This document shows, piece by piece, positions 27,783-37,414 of a stretch of 64,000 bases of DNA (position 1 is its first letter; the number at the start of each line of letters is the position of its first letter). Source of the DNA: a virus; the IMG/VR virus record IMGVR_UViG_3300019888_000107, positions 46,391-110,390 of that record. The stretch is one strand, 5' to 3'. Under the pieces are notes generated by a model. It searched no databases, was not told the DNA's origin, and saw only the letters and a list, made by a program, of their open reading frames with translations. The position numbers were made by a program, and so were the translations under genes.

Positions 27783-30643
27783 GATGCCTTCCTCAATTTG
27801 CGAACAGACGCGCCACCCAGCAGCTCAGCCACAATGCGCGGATCCTGAACTAGGTCCCCAAGTTGCCCGGCTTTCTCTCGCAATACCGATCTCACACGGG
27901 TATCAATCGTGTTTTTGGCCAGCACATCTATGATTTCAATACATTCGTGCCCCTCACTCCCTATCCGATGCAGCCGATCTTCACTCTGGAGCGCTTCCAC
28001 CAGCGACCAGGGACGTTGCAAAAACACGCAACACGACGCCGCTGTGAGTGTGATTCCAACCCCGCCGGCCCCCGTGGTGGCGCAAATCAGATCCAGCTCA
28101 CCCGATTGGAACGCCGCAATTGTCTTAGTCCGTTCAGTCATGGATTGCCCACCGACGATGTAGCCCACCCGACGCCCAGCCCCAGCCGCGGCCTCCCCGG
28201 CCAACATCACCAACTGACGGGAGGGTGCGAATGCCACCACCGACGTTTCGGGGCGCTCGGCGCAGATTTCGAGGAGGGCGTCGACTTTCCAGCTGGGCGC
28301 TTTCAGGGTGACCGACTGGTGAATCTGCTCTACGTCGAGCCCGTTAACGGTAATGATTTCCGTTGTCGTGTGCACGTCTGTTGCGGCGGAAGCTAATTGC
28401 GACAGCCGGGTCAGCTGCGCCAGGATTCCCATGACGGACATTTCGGTGCCGTCGGGCAGCTCGGCGAGCATGTCGGCTTCCATCGCGTCATAGGTACGCC
28501 GGTATTCGGCCGGGAGTTCGACGGTGCGGACGCTGTACACCTTCGGGGGTAGCTCGGTGAGCACATCGGCTTTCGCCACCCGCCGGTACTGCCCGAGCAG
28601 CGCGGTGCGGAATTCCTCTTGAGTGGCCGGGTGCAGTCCCAGGACGGTTTCGGAGTAGTCGCCGGGGATGGACAGCAGGTAGCGGTTGCACCAGCGTTCT
28701 TTCGACGGCCACGCGGTCGGTGCCAGGGCGTCGAGGGTGGTCCAGAGGTTGCCAGGATGGTGTGTGATCGGGGTTCCGGATAGCGCGACGAAGTTGCTGG
28801 CACGACGGGCTAATTGACGCGATGCTCTAGACCGATTCGCGCCTACGGATTTGAGCAAATGTGACTCATCCGCCACAACAGACACAGGACGCATCCGCAG
28901 TAACGGGCCCGGTTTCGACGCACTACCGGTGTCGCGCCAGGCGGTGTCATAGCTGGACACATAGACATCAGCGATGCCGGACAAGGCATGTCGACGCGCC
29001 GGTATTCCACGCCAGGCGACGGTGCGCCACTGCGGTGCCCAGTTCTGGAAGGTTTCGACCCAGGGATCCACCACCGACGCCGGGCACACCACCACCACCG
29101 GCAGCACAGGAGCGACTTCCGCACGTTCGACCAAGCCCAAGATGGTGGTTGGGGTTTTCCCGGTGTTGTGGGTAGGAATCAGTGCGGTGTCGGTGAGGTA
29201 GACGTGCTCGTCGTCCGAGTCCAACTCGATGCAGCACACCTCGGCGTAGCCGGCACGTTCGATCGACTCGATCGTTCGAGGCGGGTTTCGTCGCTGCACC
29301 CGTTGCGCGGCAGCTGCCCAGATGTCGCCCTTGCGGGGTAGCGCGAAGGGATTCGGCCCGTCCGCGGGAAAGCGGATTAGCACGCGGTGCTTCGGGAGAC
29401 ACTCGACCCGCTCGCCGCTCGCATTACGGTAGCCGGCGGGCTGGGGGTCCGATTCGGTGACAACGGCTCCCAGTGAGCGCGCGAGCCAGGCGACATCCGC
29501 GGCAAGCTGGGGTGAGGCCGACGAGAACTCCACCCCGGCGCCAACCTTGTTAACCGTCCCGTCGGTGTCGAGGAGTCCGGCCAGGACGCTACGACGAACA
29601 CCTTCTGACGCGAGTCGATAACACGAATGCACGAATTTGGCGGCCGCCCCCTCCCGGGCACCGAGGTCAGCCAACTGGGATGGAAGCTCGCCATTGCGAT
29701 GGAAATGCACACTCGGACAACGGTCGCCAGTTGGTCGCCGTGAGGAGGTGCCGAGTTGAGCTGCTGCTTTCTCAACCCGATCTAGGATGAAAGCGTCCGG
29801 GCACGTAATCGACAGATCAGCCCCACCGAGGGCGCCGTCGCCCAGGAGCGCGCCGTAGACGTACGAATCTAGCGGCAGCTCGGCGGAGGCGTTACCGAGA
29901 TCTCGCAGAACCGGCTGCTGGGGAAGGAAGAACTTCGCAGCTCGGCCTTGCCTGCCGTTCGGACCGTGTAACCCGGCTAGCGCGAGTAGGGACGTGGTCA
30001 GTACGCGGCCGCCTCCACGATTCCCGTGACGCTCGTTATGTGTGTAGACGTGCCAGCGGTGCTCAGCAGTGGCCAGCGTGCTGGTTCGATCGTTGAGGGT
30101 TACGCGGTAGACGGCGTGCCCGTCGGAGAACCTCTTGACCTGCCGGACGCGCTGTTGACACCCATTCGCGCCGTACACGGTGTCGCCCGGTGCGAGATCA
30201 CCAAGCCGGGTCCAGCCCTCCGGTGTGAGGATCGGCGTTGTCACCGGCTGCGGACCTGCCTCGTCGAAAAGTAAAGCCCGCCCAAGCGCGGAAATCATCT
30301 GAGCGCCCGACACTTGATACGAGCGCGGCACCATCCCCGGCGGTGGCGTAACCGACAGCCCAGCCGGCGACGAATCGGGTAACCGGGCCGCTACCTGGGA
30401 CGTAATCCACTCGGTCAGCCGGGGACCCGGCGCCCACCCCGTTCCGAATGTGGAGGCGAGTTGCACGACGCCCGGCCAACTCGCGGCCATGACCAGCGCA
30501 CCGGGCGGTTTCGATTGCTTGACCAGGGGCGTGCACAACGCGATCTGCCGGGATGCGTGGATGACGTCGTGCTCCGCGCCGGCCGCCATCAACACGATGC
30601 TGGATTCGTCCGCGGATAGCTCACCGACGATCGTGGCTGGCAT
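27779..30643 (-). CDS. SNF2-type helicase interrupted by an intein
   Basis: Spliced Walker A FDEAG|TGKT, DESH, LSGTP, GITLT, QSEDRLHRIG. Confidence 0.9.
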   Translation of the reverse strand: MPATIVGELSADESSIVLMAAGAEHDVIHASRQIALCTPLVKQSKPPGALVMAASWPGVVQLASTFGTGWAPGPRLTEWITSQVAARLPDSSPAGLSVTPPPGMVPRSYQVSGAQMISALGRALLFDEAGPQPVTTPILTPEGWTRLGDLAPGDTVYGANGCQQRVRQVKRFSDGHAVYRVTLNDRTSTLATAEHRWHVYTHNERHGNRGGGRVLTTSLLALAGLHGPNGRQGRAAKFFLPQQPVLRDLGNASAELPLDSYVYGALLGDGALGGADLSITCPDAFILDRVEKAAAQLGTSSRRPTGDRCPSVHFHRNGELPSQLADLGAREGAAAKFVHSCYRLASEGVRRSVLAGLLDTDGTVNKVGAGVEFSSASPQLAADVAWLARSLGAVVTESDPQPAGYRNASGERVECLPKHRVLIRFPADGPNPFALPRKGDIWAAAAQRVQRRNPPRTIESIERAGYAEVCCIELDSDDEHVYLTDTALIPTHNTGKTPTTILGLVERAEVAPVLPVVVVCPASVVDPWVETFQNWAPQWRTVAWRGIPARRHALSGIADVYVSSYDTAWRDTGSASKPGPLLRMRPVSVVADESHLLKSVGANRSRASRQLARRASNFVALSGTPITHHPGNLWTTLDALAPTAWPSKERWCNRYLLSIPGDYSETVLGLHPATQEEFRTALLGQYRRVAKADVLTELPPKVYSVRTVELPAEYRRTYDAMEADMLAELPDGTEMSVMGILAQLTRLSQLASAATDVHTTTEIITVNGLDVEQIHQSVTLKAPSWKVDALLEICAERPETSVVAFAPSRQLVMLAGEAAAGAGRRVGYIVGGQSMTERTKTIAAFQSGELDLICATTGAGGVGITLTAASCCVFLQRPWSLVEALQSEDRLHRIGSEGHECIEIIDVLAKNTIDTRVRSVLREKAGQLGDLVQDPRIVAELLGGASVRKLRKAS
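29165..30253 (-). mobile_element. 363-aa intein with LAGLIDADG endonuclease, class 3-type (Pro1)
   Basis: Starts PQPVTTPILTPEGW; block B TAEHRW; LLGDG / LAGLLDTDG; block F VCC; ends THN before +1 Thr. Confidence 0.88.
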
Positions 30644-30928
30644 TAGGCACCCCTCTTGACACGACGCGTCCGGTGCACAAAAATGGAATTGCCCTAGTCG
30701 TGCGGGGCAGGTCGGGAAACGGCGCCACCTGTGGTTTTTGCGGGGTGGCGCCGTTTCTTTATGGCCAGGAGAGCAGCAGGTACAGCGCCACCCCGCCGGC
30801 CACACATCCGTAAATGGTTAACCACCAGATCCCGCTCACCACCGCCAACACCACCCCCACCACGAGAAGCAGGGTGGACAGGAATGCGGCGATAGCGGCG
30901 GCGAGCGGACTCCGGTCAAACAACTGAC

Positions 30929-31759
30929 TCAGCCACTGACCTGACTGGTGAGCCGGGCGAGCAGAGCCTGCTGCTCAGGGCTGAGCCCACCCGGCGGATC
31001 TGACACCGGGGGGATGACGCCTGGGACCGGCGGGTGGATATCGAGGGGTGGCGGCATGTGCGGAGCGATCGGTGGGGCCACCGGCGGCGGGGTGGGCAGC
31101 GGAATCGACTCCGGAAGCGCCGCTGATTGCGTGTTGCCGCCGCCACCGTTCCGCACAGCCCCACCCTCGGGACGCCAGTACCGCACCGAATAGACCGCCG
31201 CCGGGTTCATCCCCGCACCACTCGGACGTTCCCCGGTCTTGGTCACCTGGATGGTGGCGCCGGCCTCGGGAGGACCCGCCGGAGCGCCCCCCTCCGCCAT
31301 CGCCCGGGTCAACTCGTCACGCGCCGCACCCGCGCACCACCACTGAGCCTGCCCGTCGGGGTGATCCTGTGACGGTTGGATCAGGCACGGCACCCGCAGC
31401 ACGAACTTGGGACGCCCGTCGCGGAACGTAGCCGGCTGGTTGGTGCCGCGCTGGGTTTGCTGCTGCACGTCGGCGTCGGTGATCGGGCGCGAGACAATCA
31501 CCGTGTGCGTGGTGCCGACCGTGGCGAACTTGAGCGCCGCCCCACCGCCGGTCGAGGGCTGGCTGAAATAGGCGTCGAGCGAGCCGGCCATCAACTCCTG
31601 CTGCGGCGGTTGGGGCTGCTGCGGGTACTGCTGAGTGGGGGGCTGGTATTGCGGCTGCTGATACTGCGGGGCGTAGGGCGGCTGTGGGTATTGCGGTTGC
31701 CCTGGGGGAAAGCCGGTCCCTGTACCGGGGAAGTTCGGGTTGTATTGCGGTGCATTCAC
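30929..31759 (-). CDS. Probable ssDNA-binding protein with Q/P-rich termini
   Basis: Position between nuclease and helicase; ALKF..GTTH..QQT..DGRPK core as in actinophage SSBs. Confidence 0.55.
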   Translation of the reverse strand: MNAPQYNPNFPGTGTGFPPGQPQYPQPPYAPQYQQPQYQPPTQQYPQQPQPPQQELMAGSLDAYFSQPSTGGGAALKFATVGTTHTVIVSRPITDADVQQQTQRGTNQPATFRDGRPKFVLRVPCLIQPSQDHPDGQAQWWCAGAARDELTRAMAEGGAPAGPPEAGATIQVTKTGERPSGAGMNPAAVYSVRYWRPEGGAVRNGGGGNTQSAALPESIPLPTPPPVAPPIAPHMPPPLDIHPPVPGVIPPVSDPPGGLSPEQQALLARLTSQVSG

Positions 31760-31851
31760 GTGCGTGTCCTCTCCCTGAATGATGTGCGGCGCGCGTGTCG
31801 GTGGTTTCCAGGCCCGAGTGACGACGCGTGCCGTTCCTGTCGTGTATTCCT

Positions 31852-32118
31852 CTATCCTTTATCCGATGCGCTCTCGACCGGCGTATCCACTTTCTTCCGC
31901 CGATCCGCGTGCGCCGCCCGACAAGGCCCACAGGACCCCTCGGGACGTTGATGGCAGCGCAGGTAGCCGTAGAGGGTGCCGTGCGGAATGTCGGTCGTCA
32001 GCGTCGCAACGTATTCCCTCGCCGCTGTCCGACAGTCGACACACGAACCTTCATCCCGCTTCACGCACTGCTGATAACCATTGCGGGTGCCGTGCGCGAT
32101 CTCCACGATTTTCCTCAT
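31852..32118 (-). CDS. Small protein with two HGT-x-GY..C..C..C repeats
   Basis: HGTRNGYQQC..CVDC; HGTLYGYLRC..CGPC. Confidence 0.65.
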   Translation of the reverse strand: MRKIVEIAHGTRNGYQQCVKRDEGSCVDCRTAAREYVATLTTDIPHGTLYGYLRCHQRPEGSCGPCRAAHADRRKKVDTPVESASDKG

Positions 32119-32927
32119 GCCGCTTTCCCTACGTGACCAGGGCATCCCGCGCCACCGTCATGTGCGGACTGCGGGCGGAATTGCGAGCAGAAGTAGCACG
32201 ACGCGTCCTCTGGGGTTGCTGGTACATCCATCAGCGTCGCTTCTCCGGTGAGCAATTTAATGGCCCACTGTTTACGAGCCTTGGTCTGCGCGAATACTTC
32301 TGCCAGTAAGACGTCGTCGGCTGCGGAGTACTCACGCTCCCACACCCACAGTCCATCGAGCGAGCCAGCAGCGGCCGGGTACGCGGCCAGCACCACCCGT
32401 TTGACAGGCAGGCCCATTAATCGATAACCATGCGCGTAGAGCAATAGCTGAACCACGTAATGGCGGGGAGGCCCGTCAGCGGCGCGGATTTTACCCATGC
32501 TCGTTGGCGATAGGAATTTGTGGTCTACACAAGCTTGCTCCCGAGCGTCATACAAATCAGCTGTACCCGGGTGATCGGGATGGGGCGTGACGCGCTGCTC
32601 GACTACCCAACGAATCTCTCCCGACCGTTCGTTGTCTCCGGCAAACGCATCGGCTGCCGCGACGTGTAGGGCTTGGCCTCGCCACGACGGAAAGGGATCC
32701 GCGACGTGATTAGTCGACGGGAGCCCCGCGAGTTTGGCGGCTACCTGGCGGCAACATACCGCCCCAAGCTCTGAGGGCCCGAGGTGGGCCTGCAGCGACC
32801 TGGGGGCTTGGGCGGCGTGCTCGTGGATAACTCGACGCAATTCAACCGCGTACCGACTAGCCCATGCCGATGATCCGTTGAGGGGGGCTGGGGCCGTCAT
32901 GAATTCCGCAGCCGTGGGTGCCGTCAT
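32115..32927 (-). CDS. Cas4-like/RecB PD-(D/E)XK exonuclease
   Basis: GPSELG..CCR, GQALH, GTADL, DHK, QLLLY, CYFC..C. Confidence 0.85.
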   Translation of the reverse strand: MTAPTAAEFMTAPAPLNGSSAWASRYAVELRRVIHEHAAQAPRSLQAHLGPSELGAVCCRQVAAKLAGLPSTNHVADPFPSWRGQALHVAAADAFAGDNERSGEIRWVVEQRVTPHPDHPGTADLYDAREQACVDHKFLSPTSMGKIRAADGPPRHYVVQLLLYAHGYRLMGLPVKRVVLAAYPAAAGSLDGLWVWEREYSAADDVLLAEVFAQTKARKQWAIKLLTGEATLMDVPATPEDASCYFCSQFRPQSAHDGGAGCPGHVGKAA

Positions 32928-33671
32928 TCCCACCACCCATTCCGTTCGTGGTGGATCGCGGCGGACAGCACCCGCACACCGATGTAGAGCTGTACCGACG
33001 TCCAGAAATCGGGTGCTGGTACGACGGACCACATCGAATGTGCGGCGGAGAACCCCAGCATGAGCAGGGCGCCGGCCGCTGGGAGCCACGCGAGTCCGAC
33101 GAACAGGCTGAGCCAGATGTCCTCACGCGACTTCGGTGCCGGCTTCACCATCTGAATACGCAGGATGCTGCCGGTCATTGTCGCGTTCGTGGCCTTGCGA
33201 CGCAAGGATTCAGCAGTGGTCATCCATCACCACCCTCTCCACCCTTCTCTCCGTTCTTAGCCAGGTGTGCGCGGATCGCGGAATGGCTGGGCAGGAATGT
33301 TTTTTGCGAGACGGAGAACACGTAGGCGTATGCCTCGGCCGCGCTGGCCAACCGACGGACGTCCTGCAGGGTGAGCGTTTTAGGGCTGTGTGCCGCTTTC
33401 CAACAGGCTTCCTTCGAGGCGCGGGGATCCGGCCAGGTCCGTCGGTGGGTCGAGTTTTCAGGGTCGATCTCGAAGAAACCGCCGGGGACTTGCTTAATCG
33501 GCTCGGGCATCCATCACCGTTTCGTCGCCACCATCTCCACCATCCCCATCAATGTCGTCACGCACCTCCGAGCGAGCGTCCGGGGGTGACTCGAACCACG
33601 CCCCCAGCCCAGCGCCCAATCCGTATGCCTGGTACTCGCCGGCCACGGGCCATTCCTTGCGTGGTTGCTGG

Positions 33672-33869
33672 TCAGTCATGAGGTATACCCCCGAAATCGA
33701 ATTCGTTGTTTTTTACGCCAGCGATGAACGCAATCCACTCGTTTCGGGTGAACCACAATGCGTCAGCGTCGTCAGTTGTGGAGCGCTTAAGAGCGATCAT
33801 GCCGTTGTCCAGTACAGCCACGAGCACGCAATCGCCTCGGGTGCATCGGCTGCTGGCTTTGAAGTTCAT
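33672..33869 (-). CDS. DUF397 protein
   Basis: FKASS..DCVLVA..LWFTRNEWIAFIAGVKNNEFD. Confidence 0.85.
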   Translation of the reverse strand: MNFKASSRCTRGDCVLVAVLDNGMIALKRSTTDDADALWFTRNEWIAFIAGVKNNEFDFGGIPHD

Positions 33870-34309
33870 GACACACGCTCCGGCCAGTGCCAGGTACCGC
33901 CGGCTTTAGTGCGCTCGTCTTGTTCAACGCCGCGGTTGAAGAACTGCCCAGTCGGGTTGAGGACACACAAACCAACTACAGGGCCGAATCCCGCGTTGTC
34001 GCTCACTTCCGTGACGATGGCCGCGCGGCATACGGAGGTGTATGTCTGGCTGCCGTCTGGCTGTACCGGGGTTCCATGGCTGACGTAGTGACAAATTCGC
34101 CCCACGGATGGTGTCTGAGTCATATTCGATGTACCGAAATCGAACTCGTTGTTTTTCACGCCGGCCACAAACGCTGCCCATTCATCCGCAGTGAAACTGA
34201 GCATCGGCCCGTCGGCGACCTTCGAATCCCTCACACCAATCGTGCCGTCCCCTAGCTGGGCTACAGTGACGCAGGTGATGGCGCTGTAACTGCTTTTCTT
34301 GAAGTTCAT
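33866..34309 (-). CDS. DUF397 fused in frame to a PSVGRIxHY phage domain
   Basis: FKKSSYS..VRDSK..EWAAFVAGVKNNEFD, then MTQTPSVGRICHYVSHG..GTWHWPERV with no stop between. Confidence 0.75.
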   Translation of the reverse strand: MNFKKSSYSAITCVTVAQLGDGTIGVRDSKVADGPMLSFTADEWAAFVAGVKNNEFDFGTSNMTQTPSVGRICHYVSHGTPVQPDGSQTYTSVCRAAIVTEVSDNAGFGPVVGLCVLNPTGQFFNRGVEQDERTKAGGTWHWPERVS

Positions 34310-34620
34310 GACGCGACTCGCAGACTCCAGATGGTGGTTTGCTTCGCGTATTTCACGTATGTCTCGGGTAGGTCCGCGCGCAAGCTTTTGCTGTCCAGCC
34401 GCCATTGCACGCTCGCCGAGAGCCGTAGTGGGGTGTGTAGGTCGGCGCTTTTGAGCAGGACGGACTTCTCACCGGGGGCGGCGGCGACCAGCTCGGCCTT
34501 GATCCCGTCTTTGATCTCGTTCAGTCGCTCCGTTGCCTCGTCGGCTGTGGCTTTGGCGGCGTCGTAGGCCGCGGCGAGCTGGTGGAGTCGGGTGTCGGGG
34601 GTGGGCTCGATGGTGGTCAT
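34306..34620 (-). CDS. Phage coiled-coil protein
   Basis: AAYDAAKATADEATERLNEIK..RLDSKSLRADLPETY. Confidence 0.6.
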   Translation of the reverse strand: MTTIEPTPDTRLHQLAAAYDAAKATADEATERLNEIKDGIKAELVAAAPGEKSVLLKSADLHTPLRLSASVQWRLDSKSLRADLPETYVKYAKQTTIWSLRVAS

Positions 34621-35015
34621 GACGGGTCCGAGCCGGCGCGCGGGATCGGGGTCAGTAGGTCCACCCGCTTGTAGCCGCGGCCGATGTGCCGGTCGGAGCG
34701 TCGGGTGCGGTAGGCCCCACCCCACAGCCCCACCAGGTAGTGGTTGGCATCGGCCTCGTCGCGGCACTGGGCGAGTACGGGGCAGTTGGCGCAGTACCGC
34801 AACGCCGCCGCCGCGATCGCCGCTGGGAGTACTCGGTTGCCGTGCGCCGCCAGCGGGTCGAACACGTGGGGATCAGCTCCCAGGCAGGCGGCGCGCTTGC
34901 GCCATTCCAGTTGGGCCGCCGTCAACGGTTGCGTATAGGACGCGGCAGAGTGACCGCGCGATTGGTGGGTGGGGATGGGTAGCGGTGACCCCCTAAGGGG
35001 CGCTATGGTGGACAT
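34617..35015 (-). CDS. whiB: WhiB-family transcription factor
   Basis: WRKRAAC..DP..F, CANCPVLAQC, GLWGG. Confidence 0.9.
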   Translation of the reverse strand: MSTIAPLRGSPLPIPTHQSRGHSAASYTQPLTAAQLEWRKRAACLGADPHVFDPLAAHGNRVLPAAIAAAALRYCANCPVLAQCRDEADANHYLVGLWGGAYRTRRSDRHIGRGYKRVDLLTPIPRAGSDPS

Positions 35016-35189
35016 GCGACGGGTACCTCTCCCTGAATTGGCCGTGTCGCCGGCCCTGCACACCCGGTGGTTTCCAGGCCCGAGTGGGTGTGCGGGGTCG
35101 TCCTATAACGTCAGATGTGCGTGTGTGTCTCCCCATCGGAAAAACCGAAGGCGACAGCTGCGCCCCCGGCTCCCGGTCGAACCCCCATC

Positions 35190-35540
35190 CTATTTACCGC
35201 GGACCCTCCCGTCGAGAGGGGAATACCTCCCAGGTTCGGGAAGTTCGGCCCGCATTGTTGTGTAGTCAAACGTCAGCTGTTCGCCCTGGTCACGCGGTGG
35301 ATCGTCGCGTACACCCTCGGAACCGTATCTGTATCCCACAGTTCCGTGCAGGATGTTCATCACTTCGGTAAGCGTCACCTCACGTGTGATCAGCCTATGC
35401 AAATTGATGTCGCGGGTCGAACCCGGTAACGGCGCCGGCCACCGACGAGCCGCATCTAGTATCCGACGGGTGCGGTTCAGTTCAGTGACCAGCGCCGCGA
35501 CATCGGGCGGTGGAATATTCAGTTGGGGGTACTCAGCCAT
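35190..35540 (-). CDS. Hypothetical protein
   Basis: RBS GGAGGG. Confidence 0.5.
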   Translation of the reverse strand: MAEYPQLNIPPPDVAALVTELNRTRRILDAARRWPAPLPGSTRDINLHRLITREVTLTEVMNILHGTVGYRYGSEGVRDDPPRDQGEQLTFDYTTMRAELPEPGRYSPLDGRVRGK

Positions 35541-35628
35541 AGCCCTCCCTATCCGCGTTAGGTGCGGTCGCGATAAGGTACAGAAGGTGTGTGACGAGCG
35601 GGTTGCTGGTATCCGTCGTCGGGAGCGT

Positions 35629-35997
35629 TCATGCCGGCGGTCGGGTGATTGCCCCGTGGGAATATTCTTCGATCAGGTCCCACACAGCGTCGATATCGGC
35701 GGTGGCGAAGAACAGGTCGGAGGCTTGGCTATCGGTGAGACCTAGTTCTCGCTGAGCGACAGCTTTGACACGTTCTCCTGTCGTGAGATACCCGGTATGA
35801 ACGCTGTCGTACGGGCCGAAGTGCGGTTCGTAACCGCTCAGCAGGACGGTCCACCCCGCAATACACCCGCGTGTGCCGCAGGTTCGGTGGGCGATCCACA
35901 CGTCCAGATCTAATTCTTCTGGGTGCGCGGTGACGTGCTCCATGACCTTCCGGAACAACGGTACATTCAGCTCGGGCTCGGTCGTGATCTCAGTCAT
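35629..35997 (-). CDS. Conserved phage protein (CGTxxCxAGW motif)
   Basis: CGTRGCIAGW..LGLT..LF. Confidence 0.7.
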   Translation of the reverse strand: MTEITTEPELNVPLFRKVMEHVTAHPEELDLDVWIAHRTCGTRGCIAGWTVLLSGYEPHFGPYDSVHTGYLTTGERVKAVAQRELGLTDSQASDLFFATADIDAVWDLIEEYSHGAITRPPA

Positions 35998-36184
35998 GAT
36001 TTACTCCTTGTCCCAGTCGTCAGCATCTTCGTAGTAGACCAGCCCGCCGTCAGCCCACTCCTCGGGGCCCTCGCCGTACACATCGGGGTGTATGACACGC
36101 AGGTGATCGAGCATTTCCGCCAGACTGCGGGAGATCTCATCCCCACAGAGGTGGCAGCCAGGTCGGTCGGGAGCGCTCATGGGA

Positions 36185-36421
36185 TCACCGTCTCGCCGGT
36201 GGTGGTTGGCCGTTGAGTGCGGCGTTGACGGCGATGTGCCGGGGGACCAGCCAGTCTTCCCACCGACGGAATTCCTCGACACCCACCAACGCCTCACACA
36301 CGGCTCTTGCTGCGGCTATCTCTTGCATTATCTCGATATTGCCGTTGGAGGCTTTTTGGCGAACCATGCTGCCCAGGATGGCGATCGAGGCCCTGAGTTC
36401 GCGTGAGACCTCAGCTGTCAT
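36185..36421 (-). CDS. Hypothetical protein
   Basis: ATGA-coupled in the operon below the RAMP gene. Confidence 0.5.
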   Translation of the reverse strand: MTAEVSRELRASIAILGSMVRQKASNGNIEIMQEIAAARAVCEALVGVEEFRRWEDWLVPRHIAVNAALNGQPPPARR

Positions 36422-36723
36422 GCGCGTTCCCTTTCCGGATGTGTACGCATTTCGTTTTGGGCGGCTACGAGGTACATGAGGTGCGCTACGAGCGATGCCC
36501 AGTCGTGCGCTGTGGCGAGTTCGTGCTCTTCGAAAGCCGTTACCATGCGAGAGATGACCTCACCGGGATCCATACCCCTGGCCAACCACCGACGCATGAT
36601 TACGATAGGCCCGTTGGGGCGGAACAGAATATCGTGATAATCGCTGCGGTGTTGGTCCATCGCCGCCAGCGCGAGGGTGCGTTGGGGTCCGTTGGTGGGT
36701 GACCACCAGTCGAGGTCAGCCAT
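36418..36723 (-). CDS. Hypothetical protein directly downstream of the RAMP gene
   Basis: ATG abuts the RAMP stop codon. Confidence 0.55.
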   Translation of the reverse strand: MADLDWWSPTNGPQRTLALAAMDQHRSDYHDILFRPNGPIVIMRRWLARGMDPGEVISRMVTAFEEHELATAHDWASLVAHLMYLVAAQNEMRTHPERERA

Positions 36724-37398
36724 TTAGACCTTGTCCCACTTCGTTACGGTGTAGGTCCCGTAGCCCTGTGAACGCGTCCCACCGATGCCTTGCTTCGCAC
36801 CGGTGAGCCAGATCAGCGCCCACTGTTCGTCGGTGATGAGGAAGTCCGTGACCACGGTGAAGTGCAGTTCCACGTTGTCGCAGTACTCGTCGTAGCGGAT
36901 CCCGTTACCGGTGTGGACGTGCACGAAACGCTGCTCGATTCCCGTCGCCTCGGTGCGGTCGAAATGCAGTTTGTTGTCCACCACCATGACGTGCTCGGCG
37001 ATAAAACCCGTGGACCCCTTATTGGTCGCACCCCACCCCCGTGACTTGAGCTTGCCGGCCGCAACACACACGTTGCACGCCTCCTTGATAGCTGATTTCA
37101 GACAACGGCCTTCCAGGTATAGGCCCCGGTCGTCACGCTTAAAACCGAGAAGGTGCCTATTGGTGTTGACCTCTTCCACGGCTGCCTCGGGACTGACGCC
37201 CCGCTCCAGCATGGTCGTGGCCACCATCTCCCGAATGGCCTGGTCGGACTGCTCGCCCATATGACGGCGGATCCACCCCTCGGCCACCTTCGGATCGGTC
37301 GGGGTACCGCCGGCAATGCGGTCCACCAAAAGCGTCCCCTTGTAGGTAAAGGGCCATGCTTGCTTGTGGTAGGCGGCGAATACATCAGTTGAGCTCAT
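36724..37398 (-). CDS. Stand-alone Cas7-group RAMP protein (Csm3/Csf2-like)
   Basis: beta1 FTYKGTLLVDRIAGG; LYLEGRCLKSAIKEA (cf. IPGSSLKGALR); thumb ..RYDEY; C-terminal G-rich loop GIGGTRSQGYGTYTV; RBS AAAGGAG. Confidence 0.8.
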   Translation of the reverse strand: MSSTDVFAAYHKQAWPFTYKGTLLVDRIAGGTPTDPKVAEGWIRRHMGEQSDQAIREMVATTMLERGVSPEAAVEEVNTNRHLLGFKRDDRGLYLEGRCLKSAIKEACNVCVAAGKLKSRGWGATNKGSTGFIAEHVMVVDNKLHFDRTEATGIEQRFVHVHTGNGIRYDEYCDNVELHFTVVTDFLITDEQWALIWLTGAKQGIGGTRSQGYGTYTVTKWDKV

Positions 37399-37414
37399 TT
37401 CGGGTTCTCCTTTG

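Noticed and set aside
32115-32927. Cas4-like nuclease as adaptation module for the array
   Set aside because: Lies in the usual nuclease-SSB-helicase recombination block ~4 kb away; common in actinophages.
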